This document shows, piece after piece, positions 13,180-27,002 of a stretch of 64,000 nt of DNA. The stretch lies in contig OX597815.1 in the NCBI GenBank assembly GCA_951406725.2, positions 21,204,001 to 21,268,000 of the forward strand, written 5' to 3'. The DNA is from Octopus vulgaris (taxonomy: Eukaryota). The position numbers were made by a program, and so were the translations under genes. Numbering within the stretch: position 1 is the stretch's first letter; each line of letters begins with the position of its first letter. Below the pieces are notes generated by a model. The model was not told the origin of the DNA, made no database searches, and saw only the letters and a list, made by a program, of their open reading frames with translations.

Positions 13180-13790
13180 CTCCAGCGTGGCTGTTTGGTA
13201 AGAAGCCTGCTTCCCAACCACATGGTTCCGGGTTCAGTCCCGCTGCGTGGCACCTTGAGCAAGTGTCTTCTACTATAGCCTCGGGCCATCAAAGCCTTGT
13301 GAGTGAATTTGGTAGACGGAAACTGAAAGAAGCTTGTCCTATATGTATGTATGTATGTATTATGTATGTATGTATGTATGTATGTACGTATATATGTATG
13401 TATGTATGTATTTATTTATGTATGTATTTATGTCTGGACCTAAAATACATATGCCAGTTCACAAAAACATTACTTCAGAATCAGCTTCCAAAGGGTAAAG
13501 ATGTAAAAGAAACCTGAATGATATCTGTCACTTGTGTTTTAAACCCTGTCACTCAGCAGCTGATCTTAAAAGTCATCTAAGGGCTCATCAGCGGAATGAC
13601 TGTGCCGTGTGATAGGGTGTGGTGAGTGTGTTAATGGAACGGCTATCATCTGTCGAGATGAAGCAATCATCACCTTTATGTATGTGTCTTTGTGTCTGTA
13701 TTTGCACACACACTCACCATCGCCTGACAAATTAAGTTGGTGTGTTTACGTCTCTGTAACTTAAAGGTTCGGCAAAAGAGACCGGAATAT
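13180..13790 (+). mobile_element. SINE family B (CORE-like), interrupted and 3' truncated
   Basis: GTGGCTGTTTGGTAAG...GGTTCAGTCCC...CCTTGAGCAAGT head; the body resumes at about 13680. Confidence 0.75.
13430..13676 (+). mobile_element. LINE (RTE-like) 3' end with C2H2 finger, nested in SINE
   Basis: Frame reads DICHLCFKPCHSAADLKSHLRAHQRNDCAV*, then a short 3' UTR ending caatcatc. Confidence 0.6.
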
Positions 13791-13796
13791 ATATTA

Positions 13797-13896
<100 letters not shown>

Positions 13897-13999
13897 ATGT
13901 AGGCAGTGGTAAGCAATGTGTACCAAATAAGAAAACTATGACCGTCATTAAATATGACCGAGGGTGTTTCTAACACCTTCAGTCATTTTTAGTTACGGT

Positions 14000-14050
<51 letters not shown>

Positions 14051-14237
14051 GTCAAGAAACTGACGAATGTTGTCGTCAGTTTCTTGAAAATGGGGTTATA
14101 ACCCCGAAATATTGAATGCAAGGTAAGTCTACATTAATTCATATATCTCTTTTCTTAGGATGTTGCCTTGCATTTACTTTTGTTCTGCCTTACACACGAT
14201 CCTTTACACAATATATTCTATAGTAATTATTCCATTT

Positions 14238-14274
14238 GACATACATACATACATACATATATATATATATGTAT

Positions 14275-14338
<64 letters not shown>

Positions 14339-14384
14339 GTTTATATATATACATACATACATATATACATACATATATATATAC

Positions 14385-14471
<87 letters not shown>

Positions 14472-14506
14472 CATACATATATATATATACATATATATAT
14501 ATGTAT

Positions 14507-14563
<57 letters not shown>

Positions 14564-14582
14564 CTCACACATATATATATAT

Positions 14583-14634
<52 letters not shown>
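14238..14634. repeat. long (TA)n/(TACA)n compound microsatellite
   Basis: Directly visible. Confidence 0.95.
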
Positions 14635-14636
<2 letters not shown>

Positions 14637-16459
14637 TTAAATGCATATGAAAGAAAATATGCATTCATTATATTTTTCCTGTCATTTTATTTTATATTAC
14701 AATATTACAGTGAAAAAAATTGAAATTCAAAAACGTTAAACTTGTTTGTTTGTTTGTTTGTTTCCTTATTATGTATTTTATGATATGTGTGTGAGCTTAT
14801 ATATGTATTTATGTACGTTCTTGATTTTATTTTCCGAATTTTTCACTAATGGAGAAAGAGCCGGTTCCTAGATCTCAAAACAAGTTTCACTGGAATTTGA
14901 ATAACAGCAAACAGAGTAGTCTTGCATGTATATATGTGTGTACAAATATATGTATACACGTATCCACATATGTGTACATATATGTGTGTATGTATGTATG
15001 TATGTATGTATGTATGTATGTATGTATGTATGTATGTATGTATGTGTGTATGTATTATGTGTGTGTGTGTGTGCGTATGTGTGTGTGAGTGTATGTACAC
15101 ACCAATATACATGTACACATGTATTCATATGCATACGTATGTGCACATGTACACATGGGGAAAAGGCATGAAGGGCAGTACATAATTAGATCTTATTGCT
15201 TGCTGAACACTATGAATGTTTTACGTATGTTAACACTACCTTCGACAACTTGTAACTGCACTCTCCTACTTAGGTTGTATGCGTTTTGGCTTTGTGAATA
15301 CAGCTTCTCAAAATTGGTTCTGGTCACTATGCTTCTAATTGTGAAGATATGGAACGAAATATAAAATGTCCGATATGTGTTCGAATAAAGCGAGATCATT
15401 TCAAAAGTACACACGTGTAAAGAAATTAAAGCATGGACATGTGTACATAAAACTCATGCTAATGTCAAGAATTTAGACTGTTCTTAATATTAGTCGGTAC
15501 ATGCCTTGGATAATCAGAATTAATGAATTCAGAATAAAGTAGAAACAGGTTACTCTTCAGAACAGTTCTGTTGTGTCTGGGGGGAGTCATTTTCTTTTTG
15601 TGCCTTATAATGTAACACACTCGCCGGTAAAATTTTCACTTTTTTCTTATTTTTATTTTCCTAAAATTTTCGTTGCGTCTTGCAACCTTTTCAAAAGGCA
15701 CAAAGAGAAAATGACTCTCTCCAGACACAACAGAATATGCTTCAACACACGAACTTATATAAAGAATCTTGCAAACCAAATCCAAAAACGAAATATTCAG
15801 AACAGTGTTTGCCAGAAATGGTGTTCGAGACATATTAGTGCTTGACCATGCCAGTGAATATCGTGATAATCACTTCTTTTGTTCAAGGCTTGGTAAGTTC
15901 GGATGTAAACCTATGAAAAAGTCTTCATCATCCTGAATGAAATGGAATTGGTGAGAGAATTGCTGCAAGTATTAAAAATGGATTTAAACGCATTTTCAGA
16001 AAATAAGGATCCTATTATTACAATTTTGAACTTCATATTTTTGAGTTATCAAACACCTCTCACACAGAAAAACTTCTTGTTTCATCTGCTTTGATAGGCA
16101 GATGTGTGTGATAACCAATAGCAATGTTTTATGAAACTACAGCTCCAATATGATATCGATGCAGAAGAAATGACGAAGCACAACAAGTTGGATGATCTCT
16201 CAAACAGTAAATAAAACAGCTATGATTCTTAAAGGTAGCAGATGTATACTTGCACTTGCATCTCAAATAAATACCAATACATAGAGTAACAGTGAACAAA
16301 ATTCAGAATCAATTCCTGATGCTTTGAATTATATTTCAACCTCCGTTAATGAAGATTGTGATTTGAGAAGTGACATAGTAACAAATATTACAAATGGGTT
16401 CGATACAGTTCTTGAATAACTAAAGGAATTAACCAATTCATTTTCAAGAGAAGTTACGT

Positions 16460-16660
16460 CATTGTTACTCAAATATTGGTAGTTGTGCATGCATTTTACA
16501 TACTCCTTAAGACAATTAAAGTTTGCTACAGTTGAATGTTTGTTTGGTTATTCAGTTGGGTAAATTTTCTGAATGTAAAAGATGGCATGCAACTACGGCT
16601 TTACTTGGATATACACAGTAACGTACGATGCTTATATAACTGTTTTGGCCTATGAGAAAG
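16460..16660 (+). pseudogene. possible decayed TM plus TIR box1 fragment, paralog of 12152
   Basis: IVTQILVVVHAFYILLKT...VWLFSWVNFLNVK...RLYLD, then YDAYIT after a frameshift. Confidence 0.25.
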
Positions 16661-18820
16661 CTTCTATGGGATCACTTGACCTGCCTGAAGTAGCAGCCAT
16701 CCAAATCTTTCTCATATCACACGGAAATGGTTTATAATATGGAAGAGTATATTAGATAGTGTAATCCTAGAAACATTGTTTCTCCCAAAAATCAAAACGA
16801 ATAATCACGGATGGAACGCCTATAGTGATAGGTCTGCTTGAATTTATCTGGGACTAAACAACAACGACAATGGGTTATTTTTCTCCTTGACACAAGTCTA
16901 CAAATTCGCAGGGTTGATATATTTGAGTCAACCTCAATATATTACAGTACTTATTTTCACCGACCCTACAATTATATTAATTTTAAGTCTGTCCAGGCAG
17001 GATTTCAACACAAAATGTAAAGTATCTGAATTAAATACTGTGTGATATTTTATTTAATACTCTGTCGTTTCTGTACATTCACCACTCATACTAAATAATA
17101 CACTTAAGTTTGTATTTATTCATTCAATCTTCAATCTTTTTAAGCAATTTCTCTTGCGCTCCTTTTGTTCTCTCATATGTGAATATGAAATTATAGAGAA
17201 ATTCATTTCAAAGCAATGTGCCTACAACTAAAACTCTTCAGTAGAGTAGAAGTAATACATCTCATATTTGATTCGAGTTAAATACATTTTTACACAGAGA
17301 ATGTTAAATTAAAGCTTTGAAATAGGAAGATGGCGTCTTCTTAAAGAATAATAAACTTTTTGTATAATACCAGTTACGTTAAACAAAGCATATTTAAGTT
17401 CATACTTGCTGGATTCTTGCCACTTTCCTTGCATATTGTTTACAATGATAAATAATACACACAATTATTTAGAATAACAAAAGAAAATTTATGAGATGTG
17501 AACTCATTCTGTCAGAAATATTGCTTAAATTTTACTTTGGGCAAGTGATAAGACTATCCAGATTACACTTTTATGCGTCCGAACTAATCCCTTGGGAATT
17601 TAGAAATTTGGCCCATGTCTAATTTGAGACGGATGAAGTCTGTATCAGATCTTCGAGCCAACGTGGGAGCTTCTACATTAGAATTAACAACCAAATTTCC
17701 ATCAAAATACAGCCTACTACATTGATTACATGGGATAATATATTCCTTTATATCCCTTTATTGGACGGGATGGTCCCAGTTGGAATATTTTTTGATCAAA
17801 AGTTTATTCGATCGTGGTTAACCCGGGCTAGACAAAAACAACACCTATATCAATAAATCAAATGGAGGAAATCTCAAGGATCAAAGGAAGATATCATAAT
17901 CACCTATGTTTGTTGTCGGTTTAATACCAGTTCAGTTCTTATTTAGCATACCTTTAATCAAAGTCACTCCATTCATGATCATTCCGTCTGTATATCACTA
18001 GAGCTACGCTGTACAATGCATCTTCCATTTTTATGATGGTAACGTGTGATCTGAAGTAATTTGTCAGCTATTTCTAACTGGCCGAGCGACTCTGTAGAGG
18101 CATCAATGCGTCGTATCGTGGTATATGTATAATATGTGATAGGGCACCTAAAATTATATAGCTATTCAATGCAGTCGAAGAAATAGACTCAGAAAGGGCT
18201 ACTTTGTTCAAATAGAATCGAACTTTTGAAGCCGGGAGATTTTTAATATTTGTATTTTACGTTATCCACGTCACTCCATTCCATAAGCTATAAAAATGTT
18301 CAGTGATTTTATTTCAAATCACAACATTTCTTTTCCTAAGTTTTTATGTTGCATACAGCTCGAACAATGGTCAACTAATTTATCTTAGCTATCACATTAT
18401 GGGTATTGATTATCCGAGTACAACACTATTTAAATAATTGAGTTCTTTAAAATCCTGTCAAAATCAATGAAAATCCGAAATGATTAAATTACTATGCAAC
18501 ATTTTGATAAGGATCGGTACTACAAATGTATGGTCTCTTGCCAATTTCTTTTCATTTTATTGGATTTCTTGACAATTCCATAGAGAATGCTTTCTATTTG
18601 ATATATTTCGTAGAAACTGTGAGCTATCCTTTCAGCCACATGAACGAAATATAAGTTATTGGATTGCATCAAATGTTAACACTGTTGAAGCTGTAGAGGA
18701 TGAAATGTAACACAAAGATATGTATAAGCCGTGATATGTCACAATCTTTCAGGTGAAAGTTCTAATAGGCCTACTTTCAGTGTTCTCGGCATCACTTTTA
18801 TTGATGAATCACGAAATGAT

Positions 18821-19660
<840 letters not shown>

Positions 19661-19762
19661 ATGCATACATACATACATACATGCACACACACAAAAACAC
19701 ACACACAGAACACATACACACACATATGTACTTACCCATGTTTGTGTGGTGTGGTGTGGTGT

Positions 19763-19798
<36 letters not shown>

Positions 19799-20081
19799 TG
19801 TGTATGTGTTGGGGTTTTTTCTTATTTTGTTCAGAGCATCGGAAAACATGAAAATTAGTCTTTTAAAAAGGTCAAACGCAAATGAAGTTATAAATAAACA
19901 ACAGCCCATAATTTATCGAGAGAAATAAGCCTTGGGTGGGAAAATGAATAGAATCACCAGCTTAGGTGATTCGTGAGCGATTATTATGTATTGCTTCATT
20001 TGCATTTTTGCTACACAACATATTTCTGCTACACAGACCTCACGGAAAGTCAACTTACATATTATATTGTATTTCCATATA

Positions 20082-20311
20082 GACGGCGAGCTGGCAGAAT
20101 CGTTAGCACGCCGGGCGAAATGCGTAGCCGTATTTCGTCTGTCTTGATGTTCTGAGTTCAAATTCCGCCGAGGTCGACTTTGCCTTTCATTCGTTCGGGG
20201 TCGATAAATTAAATACCAGTTACGCACTGGGGTCGATGTAATCGACTTAATCCGTTTTTCTGTCCTTGTTTGTCCCCTCTATGTTTAACCCCTTGTGGGT
20301 AATAAAGAAAT
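20082..20311 (+). mobile_element. SINE family A
   Basis: Near-consensus copy. Confidence 0.9.
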
Positions 20312-20319
20312 ATATAATC

Positions 20320-20700
20320 GGTTTTTCCACATCAAGAATAATATCACTCCGCTCATAGCTTAGGAATCCTCCTTTTGAAACGTATTGTAAAGACTATATG
20401 GTAGAGACCTTCTACAGATTCACTTCTGTATTTGATATAAAGCATCTCCAAGAGATTACTGTGCACCGCAAGCACTGATGCTACGGATGTCTGTAAAAAT
20501 GTTGTCTGCTTTTCGTATCTGTAAGCACACTTGCCCGGTACACTTGAATGTTTGTACATTTTTGTGATATCCGATTGTAACCAGTCTCTTTTGCAACTCC
20601 CCTATGTATCAACAGCTTTGCAAGTCCTGTTGCTGGTTCCTTCGTCCAGGGTACTGGATCGGGAGAGTATACAACCCAGATATACAAACTTAGCCGCAAC
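20320..20700 (-). mobile_element. RTE-clade LINE reverse transcriptase C-terminal fragment, decayed
   Basis: Minus frames give KFVYLGCILSRSSTLDE...CTNIQVYRASVLT, matching the same region as 36400-37266. Confidence 0.7.
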
Positions 20701-21187
20701 TTTTATCATAAATGACAGGTGGATAATATATATTTTATAATTACCCACAAGGGGCTAAACATAGAGGGGACAAACAAGGACAGACAAACCCATGCCTTCA
20801 TATTGCCATGCATAGATCGAATGATACAATCTTTCCAGAGCAACCCAACTTAAAGACTATTCTCCAGAGAGCCTTCCTATTAGCCGTATAGAATGTTTTT
20901 TCTATGGAAGTAACAATGAAAGCGACTGTATAAGAGTGAGCAGCAGTACCATAAAATTCTTTACTTTTGAATATGTACCAAATAGTTTCCTTCTCGAGAC
21001 GAATGAGACAGCTTCTATTTAATCCCTCGACCTATCAGAAATAGTAACCAAATATCCCTGACCAAAACAGCAACAACGACAACGATTCTAAACGGGACAC
21101 ATGAGTTAGCAATAAAATCTTCCTTAGAACACTCTATCGTTTTAAAAAAAGAAAATGGAAGATTAACTTAACTAATCTTATTATAGA

Positions 21188-21552
21188 CTAGCACTATGAT
21201 CTGGCAACGCCGGGTCATAGTGCTAGTGCATGCATATACAGCTGCGTGCATGCGCACATACACGTGAGTACTGTCCAAATCTCCGACCAATCACATACAG
21301 CTAGCTGACATTCAATTGGCGTATCAAGTTTCAGGCATTTTGATTGGGTTTTGGATAGAAAATATCAAAAAAGTCACTTCTATTGATTTTTTTAATGGCT
21401 TTGCGGGGTGACTGGGGAAATGTAAAGATGTGCACGACCACCCTTGGACGGTTTTGAATGACCATAGAAAGTGCGAAGCCCTCTAACTGAAAAATTGTGG
21501 ATTTGTATAAAGGACACACACGCAGACATTTTGCCGTTTATATATAGAGAGA
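21188..21552 (-). mobile_element. non-autonomous Helitron-like element
   Basis: Minus strand starts A|TCTCTCTATATATAAACGGCA and ends CTAG|T with a terminal hairpin. Confidence 0.7.
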
Positions 21553-21960
21553 TATACGTTTCTCTCTCTCCTAACTGGAGGTGTAGTCCTATCACCGTGG
21601 ACCGAGTCACGAAACTGCCGTTTCCCCACCACCACGCTGAAGGTGGAATTTGAACTCAAAATGCAAAGTCCTAGAATAGATACTTACAAAACATCTCGTC
21701 TGACGCTCTAATAATTCCACCAATCTACTGCCCAAGACTGGCATTTTGATTAAATTGAACTTGAAATGATGAAAGGAAAAGTTAACTTAGATTTGAATTT
21801 AGAGACCAGAGAGGTGGGACTAATTCAGCAAAGTATTTTGTTCAACGTTCTGATGTCTTTGCCAAATTACCACTTTAGTCACAAGATAGTGGTTTGTATT
21901 TAAATTTAAAAAATTGTTTTTGCTAAATCAGGATTAAAATGGAACTAAACATCAACACGG

Positions 21961-22245
21961 GGATCGATCTATTGCATTTCAATCTGTTTTAGGGTTAGGG
22001 TTAGGGGTGGGGGAAGGGTATCTTTTTTTCTTCAGAAATGTAAATAAACCCAATCTGTTTCTTAAACGAGGGACATATTCATACGGCACAAAATGTTTTC
22101 ACCTCAATAGACGTCATTGATTGGTTGAAATTGCAGAAATTGAAGACAAAAAACAACAACAAATATCTTACAAACTATAGAATTTTCTCGATAAAGCCAA
22201 GAGAAAAAGATGTTTTATAAACACATTCTACCAGTATACGAAGTT
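21961..22245. mobile_element. partial reverse copy of the Merlin-like MITE at 6988
   Basis: Reverse complement of about 7045-7345, nearly identical. Confidence 0.85.
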
Positions 22246-22730
22246 AAATCAGAATTAAAATGGAATCAACACGGAAACCTCTATATACGATTTTTCGATG
22301 TGCTAGAAATAGCAACCAAATTGCTTTCAAATCACACACTATCATCTTGAAAAGAGAAGGATATGTTGCATCACTGTTGGTCTTTATGCACTATGTCTGC
22401 TAAAAAGATGAGATGGTCAAGGCTGGAACTCATTTAATCATATCTCTACTCACGCATGACTAAAGTGCGGCTAAATAACAACAAAGCCCGCAATATTTTA
22501 CTCACAAGTATTTCTAATTAGACATTCAATACACCATATTAAATATGCCCACCACTATTTAATTATTGGATTTTTCATTTGGACGGCATCTCTAAAAGTT
22601 TTTTTTTTCTTAAATTGCTTTTACGCAGTCATTCAAAATGCTAGAAACAGTAACCAAATCTTTCTCAAATCACATCTTACCATCTTAAAAAGAAAATGAC
22701 ACATTGCATAACGTAGTCCTTGACATACCT

Positions 22731-22961
22731 ATTTCTTTACTACCCACAAGGGGCTAAACACAGAGGGGACAAACAAGGACAGACAAACGGATTAAGTCGA
22801 TTACATCGACCCCAGTGCGTAACTGGTACTTAATTTATCGACCCCGAAAGGACGAAAGGCAAAGTCTACCTCGGCAGAATTTGAACTCAGAACGTAAGAC
22901 GCAGACGAAATACGGCTACGCATTTCGCCCGGCGTGCTAACGTTTCTGCCCGCTCGCCGCC
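22731..22961 (-). mobile_element. SINE family A
   Basis: Near-consensus reverse copy. Confidence 0.9.
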
Positions 22962-23020
22962 CATACCATGTCCGATTAGAAGATGGGGTGGTCACAGCTG
23001 AAACGCCTTTGGTCAAAGAT

Positions 23021-23251
23021 CTATTTCTTTACGACCCACAAGGGGCTAAACACAGAGGGGACAAACAAGGACAGACAAACGGATTAAGTTGATTACATCG
23101 AGCCCAGTGCGTAACTGGTACTTAATTTATCGACCCCGAAAGGACGAAAGGCAAAGTCGACCTCGGTGGAATTTGAACTCAGAACGTAACGGCAGACGAA
23201 ATACGGCTACGCATTTCGCCCGGCGTGCTAACGTTTCTGCCAGCTCGCCGC
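23021..23251 (-). mobile_element. SINE family A (tandem duplicate with flank)
   Basis: Near-consensus reverse copy; shares its flank with the preceding copy. Confidence 0.9.
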
Positions 23252-24053
23252 CCATACCATATCCGATGGTCACGGCTGGAACGCCTTTGGTCAAAGATCT
23301 ACTGTATCGGAGCTGTCCCAGGGGCTAAAACACTCAGCAATACGCTCGTGATGCCTTGCTAAGGCTTCTGTTTTATTTTGTTTCAGCCTCACAAAAACAA
23401 CAACAACAACAAGGGAATAAAGCGACATTTTCTAGTAAAAGGTTTTAAGTTACATAAAAGCCTTGGGTGAAGATGAGAATGGCGAGGAAAAGGAGGAGGG
23501 GATGCTGAGCCTACATCGACGAGTCATGCTGATACGCGCATTCGCTGCGCTTCGTTGGACGTCAACAAACTCAGTTCACGTGCAAAATTACTTCCGCCGA
23601 CAGAACGACCGTCTTCCGATCACCAACATCACATATATCCTTAATATTCTATTTACATCCGAGATATTTCACACACCGGAAATGCTGCTTTTTTTTTATC
23701 TCCACCTTCTAGATTTATCTTTCTTTCTCGCTTTTTAGTTTCACTTTCGTAGTTTTTATATTATCGATTTTTATTTTTTGCATTTTATTTTTTTTTTCAT
23801 AGAGAAAGTATGTGTATGTGTATGTGTGTGTGAGTGTGTGTGTGTGCAAGAGTGTGTGTGTGTGTGTGTGTGTATGCACACGGGCATGCATGTGAGTGGG
23901 TGTTAGCATGTGCGTATGTGCATGAATGACAGTGACAAAAGACGTCTCAAGTACTAAAACAGAAAGACAAAGAGTGTGTCTAACCCCAGATATACGCGTG
24001 CGGACAAAGGGAGAGGAATGGAGAAGGAGCGAGGGGAGGGGAAGAGAAGGTAA

Positions 24054-24525
24054 GAAGGAGAGAGAGGAGGAAGAAGAAGGAGAGAGAGGAGTTAGAAGAA
24101 GGAGAGTGATGAGGAAGAATAAGGAGAGAGAGGAGCTAGAAGAAGGAGAGAGATGAGGAAGAAGAAGGAGAGAGAGGAGGAAGAAGAAGGAGAGAGAGGA
24201 GTTAGAAGAAGGAGAGTGATGAGGAAGAATAAGGAGAGAGAGGAGCTAGAAGAAAGAGAGAGATGAGAAAAAAGAAGGAGAGAGAGGAGGAAGAAAAAGG
24301 GGAGAGAGGAGTTAGAAGAAGGAGAGTGATGAGGAAGAATAAGGAGAGAGAGGAGCTAGAAGAAAGAGAGAGATGAGAAAAAAGAAGGAGAGAGAGGAGG
24401 AAGAAAAAGGGGAGAGAGGAGTTAGAAGAAGGAGAGTGATGAGGAAGAATAAGGAGAGAGAGGAGCTAGAAGAAGGAGAGAGATGAGAAAGAAGAAGGAG
24501 AGAGATGGAGGAAGAAAAAGGGGGA
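24054..24525. repeat. polypurine minisatellite, 110-bp higher-order repeat of five 22-mers
   Basis: GTTAGAAGAA recurs at 24091, 24201, 24311 and 24421. Confidence 0.9.
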
Positions 24526-24566
24526 GAGCGAAATTGGCAGACGGATGCAATAGAACGAAAAGTAGT

Positions 24567-24609
<43 letters not shown>

Positions 24610-24653
24610 CAAAGACCGAGACAAAGAAAGAGGGAGAGAGAGAGGGGGCGAGT

Positions 24654-24696
<43 letters not shown>

Positions 24697-24801
24697 TTTC
24701 ATTATATGTGTATTTCATTCATTGTATATGTGTTTATAAGTTTCATTCAATGTGTTATTTAGTATATATGCGGATTTTATTCAGTAAGTATATTTCATTT
24801 A

Positions 24802-24837
<36 letters not shown>

Positions 24838-24847
24838 TTGTGTGTAA

Positions 24848-24892
<45 letters not shown>

Positions 24893-24985
24893 TGTGTGTT
24901 ATTCACTATATGTTTGCATGTTTATCTATAATGTGTGTCTGTCTATGCTTCATTCCATATTATTCAGTATGAATTTTATTCAATA

Positions 24986-25400
24986 CTAGCAATGCATCCC
25001 GGCGTTACTCGGGTGTTATCACATACAAGCACATTGTATTATTTGCTCCTTTCTTATGGGCAGAATCGGCACAGCTGATATATAGTTAATGGAATAATGG
25101 CAGTCATTTTTTTGTTTAATAGTGAAGGACGAGTGTACAATTTGCACGGGTTTGCATGAAAGCGCTTTCTGTTCTTAAGAAGGATCAGAAACTATGTATT
25201 GTTTCCTCGTATAAAAGGGGATTAATACGACTAAAAGAAAAATGATAATGTTAAATTTTCATAATACAGATATGTAAATAAAAATATAGTTTAGTTGGTA
25301 GCCAAAAGCTTACTGAATCTTTTGATACCCCTTACCTCAAAACCGACAGCTCGGTTTTGGAATGCATAAGGAACACACACACACACACACACACACACAA
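24986..25400 (-). mobile_element. diverged Helitron-like element (right boundary uncertain)
   Basis: A|CTAGCAATGCATCCCGGCGTTACTCGGG matches the family 3' terminus. Confidence 0.5.
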
Positions 25401-25469
25401 ATATACATATACGAAAGTTGAACAGAAAGTAAAGCAAAAATGAGCACAGCTTTTTAATTAACGGACACA

Positions 25470-26820
25470 AGTTGTTCGAAATTCTCCTGTTGGTACAGTG
25501 ACTATTCCCCTGTTCAAAAGCATTACACAACATAGTCTCCATCACAATTCAAGCATTTGCGCCATCACCAGATCCAACTCCCGAATCCTTTTTGAAACAG
25601 TTCAGGCATGTATGCCCATTTTTTCGCAACCATTTTCACTTTATTTGTGTCATCAAATCGTTGCCCCCGAAAGCTGTTCTTCACTGGACGGAACAGATGG
25701 AAGTTTGGGAGGGTTCCAGATCAGGGCTGTAAGGTTAATGGGAGACCACTGACTAGCCCAATTTTCTAATTGATTTGTTACCGGGTGAATATGGGTCGTT
25801 TTCAGATTCTTGCTCGGTCACTTCTTCCTGATGGCTTCTCCAAGCTTTTTGAGTGCCTCAATGTATTACACGCTGTTCACGATGCAGCAATGTTCCAGAA
25901 AATCAAGAAGAATGACGCCCTTGTCATACCCAAAATACAGTCACCATGACTTTCCATACTGATCGCTTGCTCTTTGAGAAGAGATGTGATGCCATTCCAT
26001 GGTCTAAGTCTTCGTTTTCATATCATAAAGATATGTCCACCTTTCATCTTCTGTCACCAGATCGGAAAAAACAAGTTTTCAATGGTTCCAAAATTTCCAG
26101 CAGTTTAGAGCCCTCTTTCTTTTTTTCAAATCTGATGTCAACTGCCTAAGTACCCACTTTGCACACATTTCTCGACACCCAAAGTCTTGTACTATCTTAT
26201 TATTGCATTGTGTCCATAGACTAGTCGTGCAGCAATCGCACGAATTGTGACCCATCTGTCCACACTCATCAATTCGTCCACTAGCTGGAGATTCCTGTTA
26301 GTGGTCGCAGTTGGTGGTCTCCAACATTGTTAGTTAGTTAATTTGGCTCAACAGCAAATAGCAGGGCCATGTAGGGGGACATGGAGTTAAGTACAGGGTG
26401 GTGTTCATGTAAAGAGTTCAGGCCACTTGAAGTCAAGGGAGGCTTTGAACAAAGCGGTCGTCGGCATCTTCACCATCTCGTCTGGCAGCTTGTTCCACGG
26501 ATCCGCAACCCGGACATTGTGGGTTTATCTTTATTGCTGATTGCCTCTTCTTTAGACTTTATCCATATGTGCACATTGCTTTTGTCAATCATGTCATCTC
26601 CGTAAACAACCTGTTCTCTTTTGTGAATTTCGAACAGCCAGCACTCTTCCTTTGTCAAGAACTCAATGCAGAAGCGACACGTTGCTTCTGCTTCGAACCC
26701 ATTATTTACATGCAAGAGAAAAGAACAAGAAGATTTCCTATGTGCAATATCAACATGTGCAATATCATTTAATAAAAAAGTTTTGCCCACTTTAGCATTA
26801 ATTTCGGTATAACCTTCGAA
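25470..26820 (-). mobile_element. decayed mariner-like transposon
   Basis: Minus strand PYSPDLEPS (YSPDLAPS-like) at about 25710-25735; FCIEFLTKEEC..FEIHKR..VYGDD at the N-terminus; TIR-like end near 26820. Confidence 0.7.
26331..26513 (-). mobile_element. CR1/L2-like LINE 3' end nested in mariner
   Basis: Minus frame RVADPWNKLPDEMVKMPTTALFKASLD, (CTAA)n tail, TSD ACATTGT at 26324-26330 and 26514-26520. Confidence 0.8.
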
Positions 26821-26941
26821 TATATGCGCGCCGGCGTGTGTGTGTGTGTAAAAAAATAGAATTAATAAATTTTAAATATATAGTTATTATATTTAATTGC
26901 CTACAATAAATAATATTAGACAAAAGCAAATATGCATAAAC

Positions 26942-27002
<61 letters not shown>

